This document shows positions 63,759 to 64,000 of a stretch of 64,000 nucleotides of DNA, piece by piece. Position 1 is the first letter of the stretch, and every line of letters begins with the position of its first letter. The notes beneath the pieces were generated by a model that was not told the DNA's origin, made no database searches, and saw only the letters and a program-made list of their open reading frames with translations. This stretch comes from a virus (taxonomy: Duplodnaviria; Caudoviricetes), in IMG/VR virus record IMGVR_UViG_3300028888_000053, positions 1 to 64,000 of that record. The stretch is one strand, 5' to 3'. Position numbers and translations under genes: made by a program.

Positions 63759-64000
63759 TTAAGACCAAAAACCATTACCATAGCCATAACCATAACCATA
63801 GCCAGGATATAAACCCATTCCTACATAAGGAGTGGTGTTTACAGCTGTAAGATTAGGCCACTGAACTGGTACTGTATTTGGTTGTTTGTTAGCAATCTCA
63901 TTTACCTTTGCCTAAAGAGGGGTGATCAAACTATATAACTAGCTAGTCTGACGATCATTGTCTAACTGACCTCTTAACTGAGTAATGATATCACTCTGGG
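63759..64000 (-). CDS. C-terminal part of a hypothetical protein ending in a GY-repeat (starts beyond the window)
   Basis: ...QLDNDRQTSQLYSLITPLQAKVNEIANKQPNTVPVQWP...GYGYGYGYGNGFWS-TAA. Confidence 0.7.

Noticed and set aside
63775-63805. Short ACCATA/GCCATA tandem repeat
   Set aside because: It simply encodes the GYGYGYG tail of the protein.
1-64000. TGA recoding
   Set aside because: TGA ends several genes (38865, 45671, 46270, 59142, 62336, 62737, 62943, 63436), often in ATGA overlaps.
1-64000. tRNA, CRISPR array, integrase/transposase, or diversity-generating retroelement
   Set aside because: I recognised no cloverleaf, regularly spaced repeats, recombinase or reverse-transcriptase motifs, and intergenic space is minimal. 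A tool-based scan was not possible.

Overview
This window is an AT-rich segment of a crAss-like (Crassvirales) phage genome whose minus-strand genes use a recoded genetic code (TAG = Gln, code 15). The supplied ORF track looks fragmented only because it stops at TAG. Read through TAG, the fragments join into contiguous, tightly packed genes ending in TAA/TGA. From high to low coordinate on the minus strand: a six-gene conserved-hypothetical cassette; an acidic scaffold-like protein; the major capsid protein; a conserved head gene; a tail-ring gene that appears split in two around a 7-kb Ig-repeat fibre gene (N-half fused to a BACON domain, C-half with its own promoter-like motif); an auxiliary capsid-like protein; two ring/tail-tube proteins; two IHF-like proteins; the muzzle/tail-stabilisation protein; a cargo protein; an unexpected Zn-dependent alcohol dehydrogenase coupled to a DUF192 protein; and six large virion/ejection proteins. 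The last four carry an SF1 helicase domain (3192 aa), the single-chain virion RNA polymerase (3685 aa, GSDYDIDK), a zincin domain (882 aa) and a PD-(D/E)xK-like domain (1586 aa). The first 0.7 kb holds the end of the opposite-strand gene block (DUF1848 C-terminus and a secreted protein). The most notable observations are a Cys pair at each of the three junctions of the four giant proteins, the split ring gene, the dehydrogenase inside the virion module, and a recurrent xxGG motif in putative capsid-cargo proteins. Gene boundaries were derived by hand. In the longest genes I checked that all sub-ORFs share one frame and sampled the intervening codons rather than reading every one. Family assignments come from remembered motifs and gene order, not from database searches.
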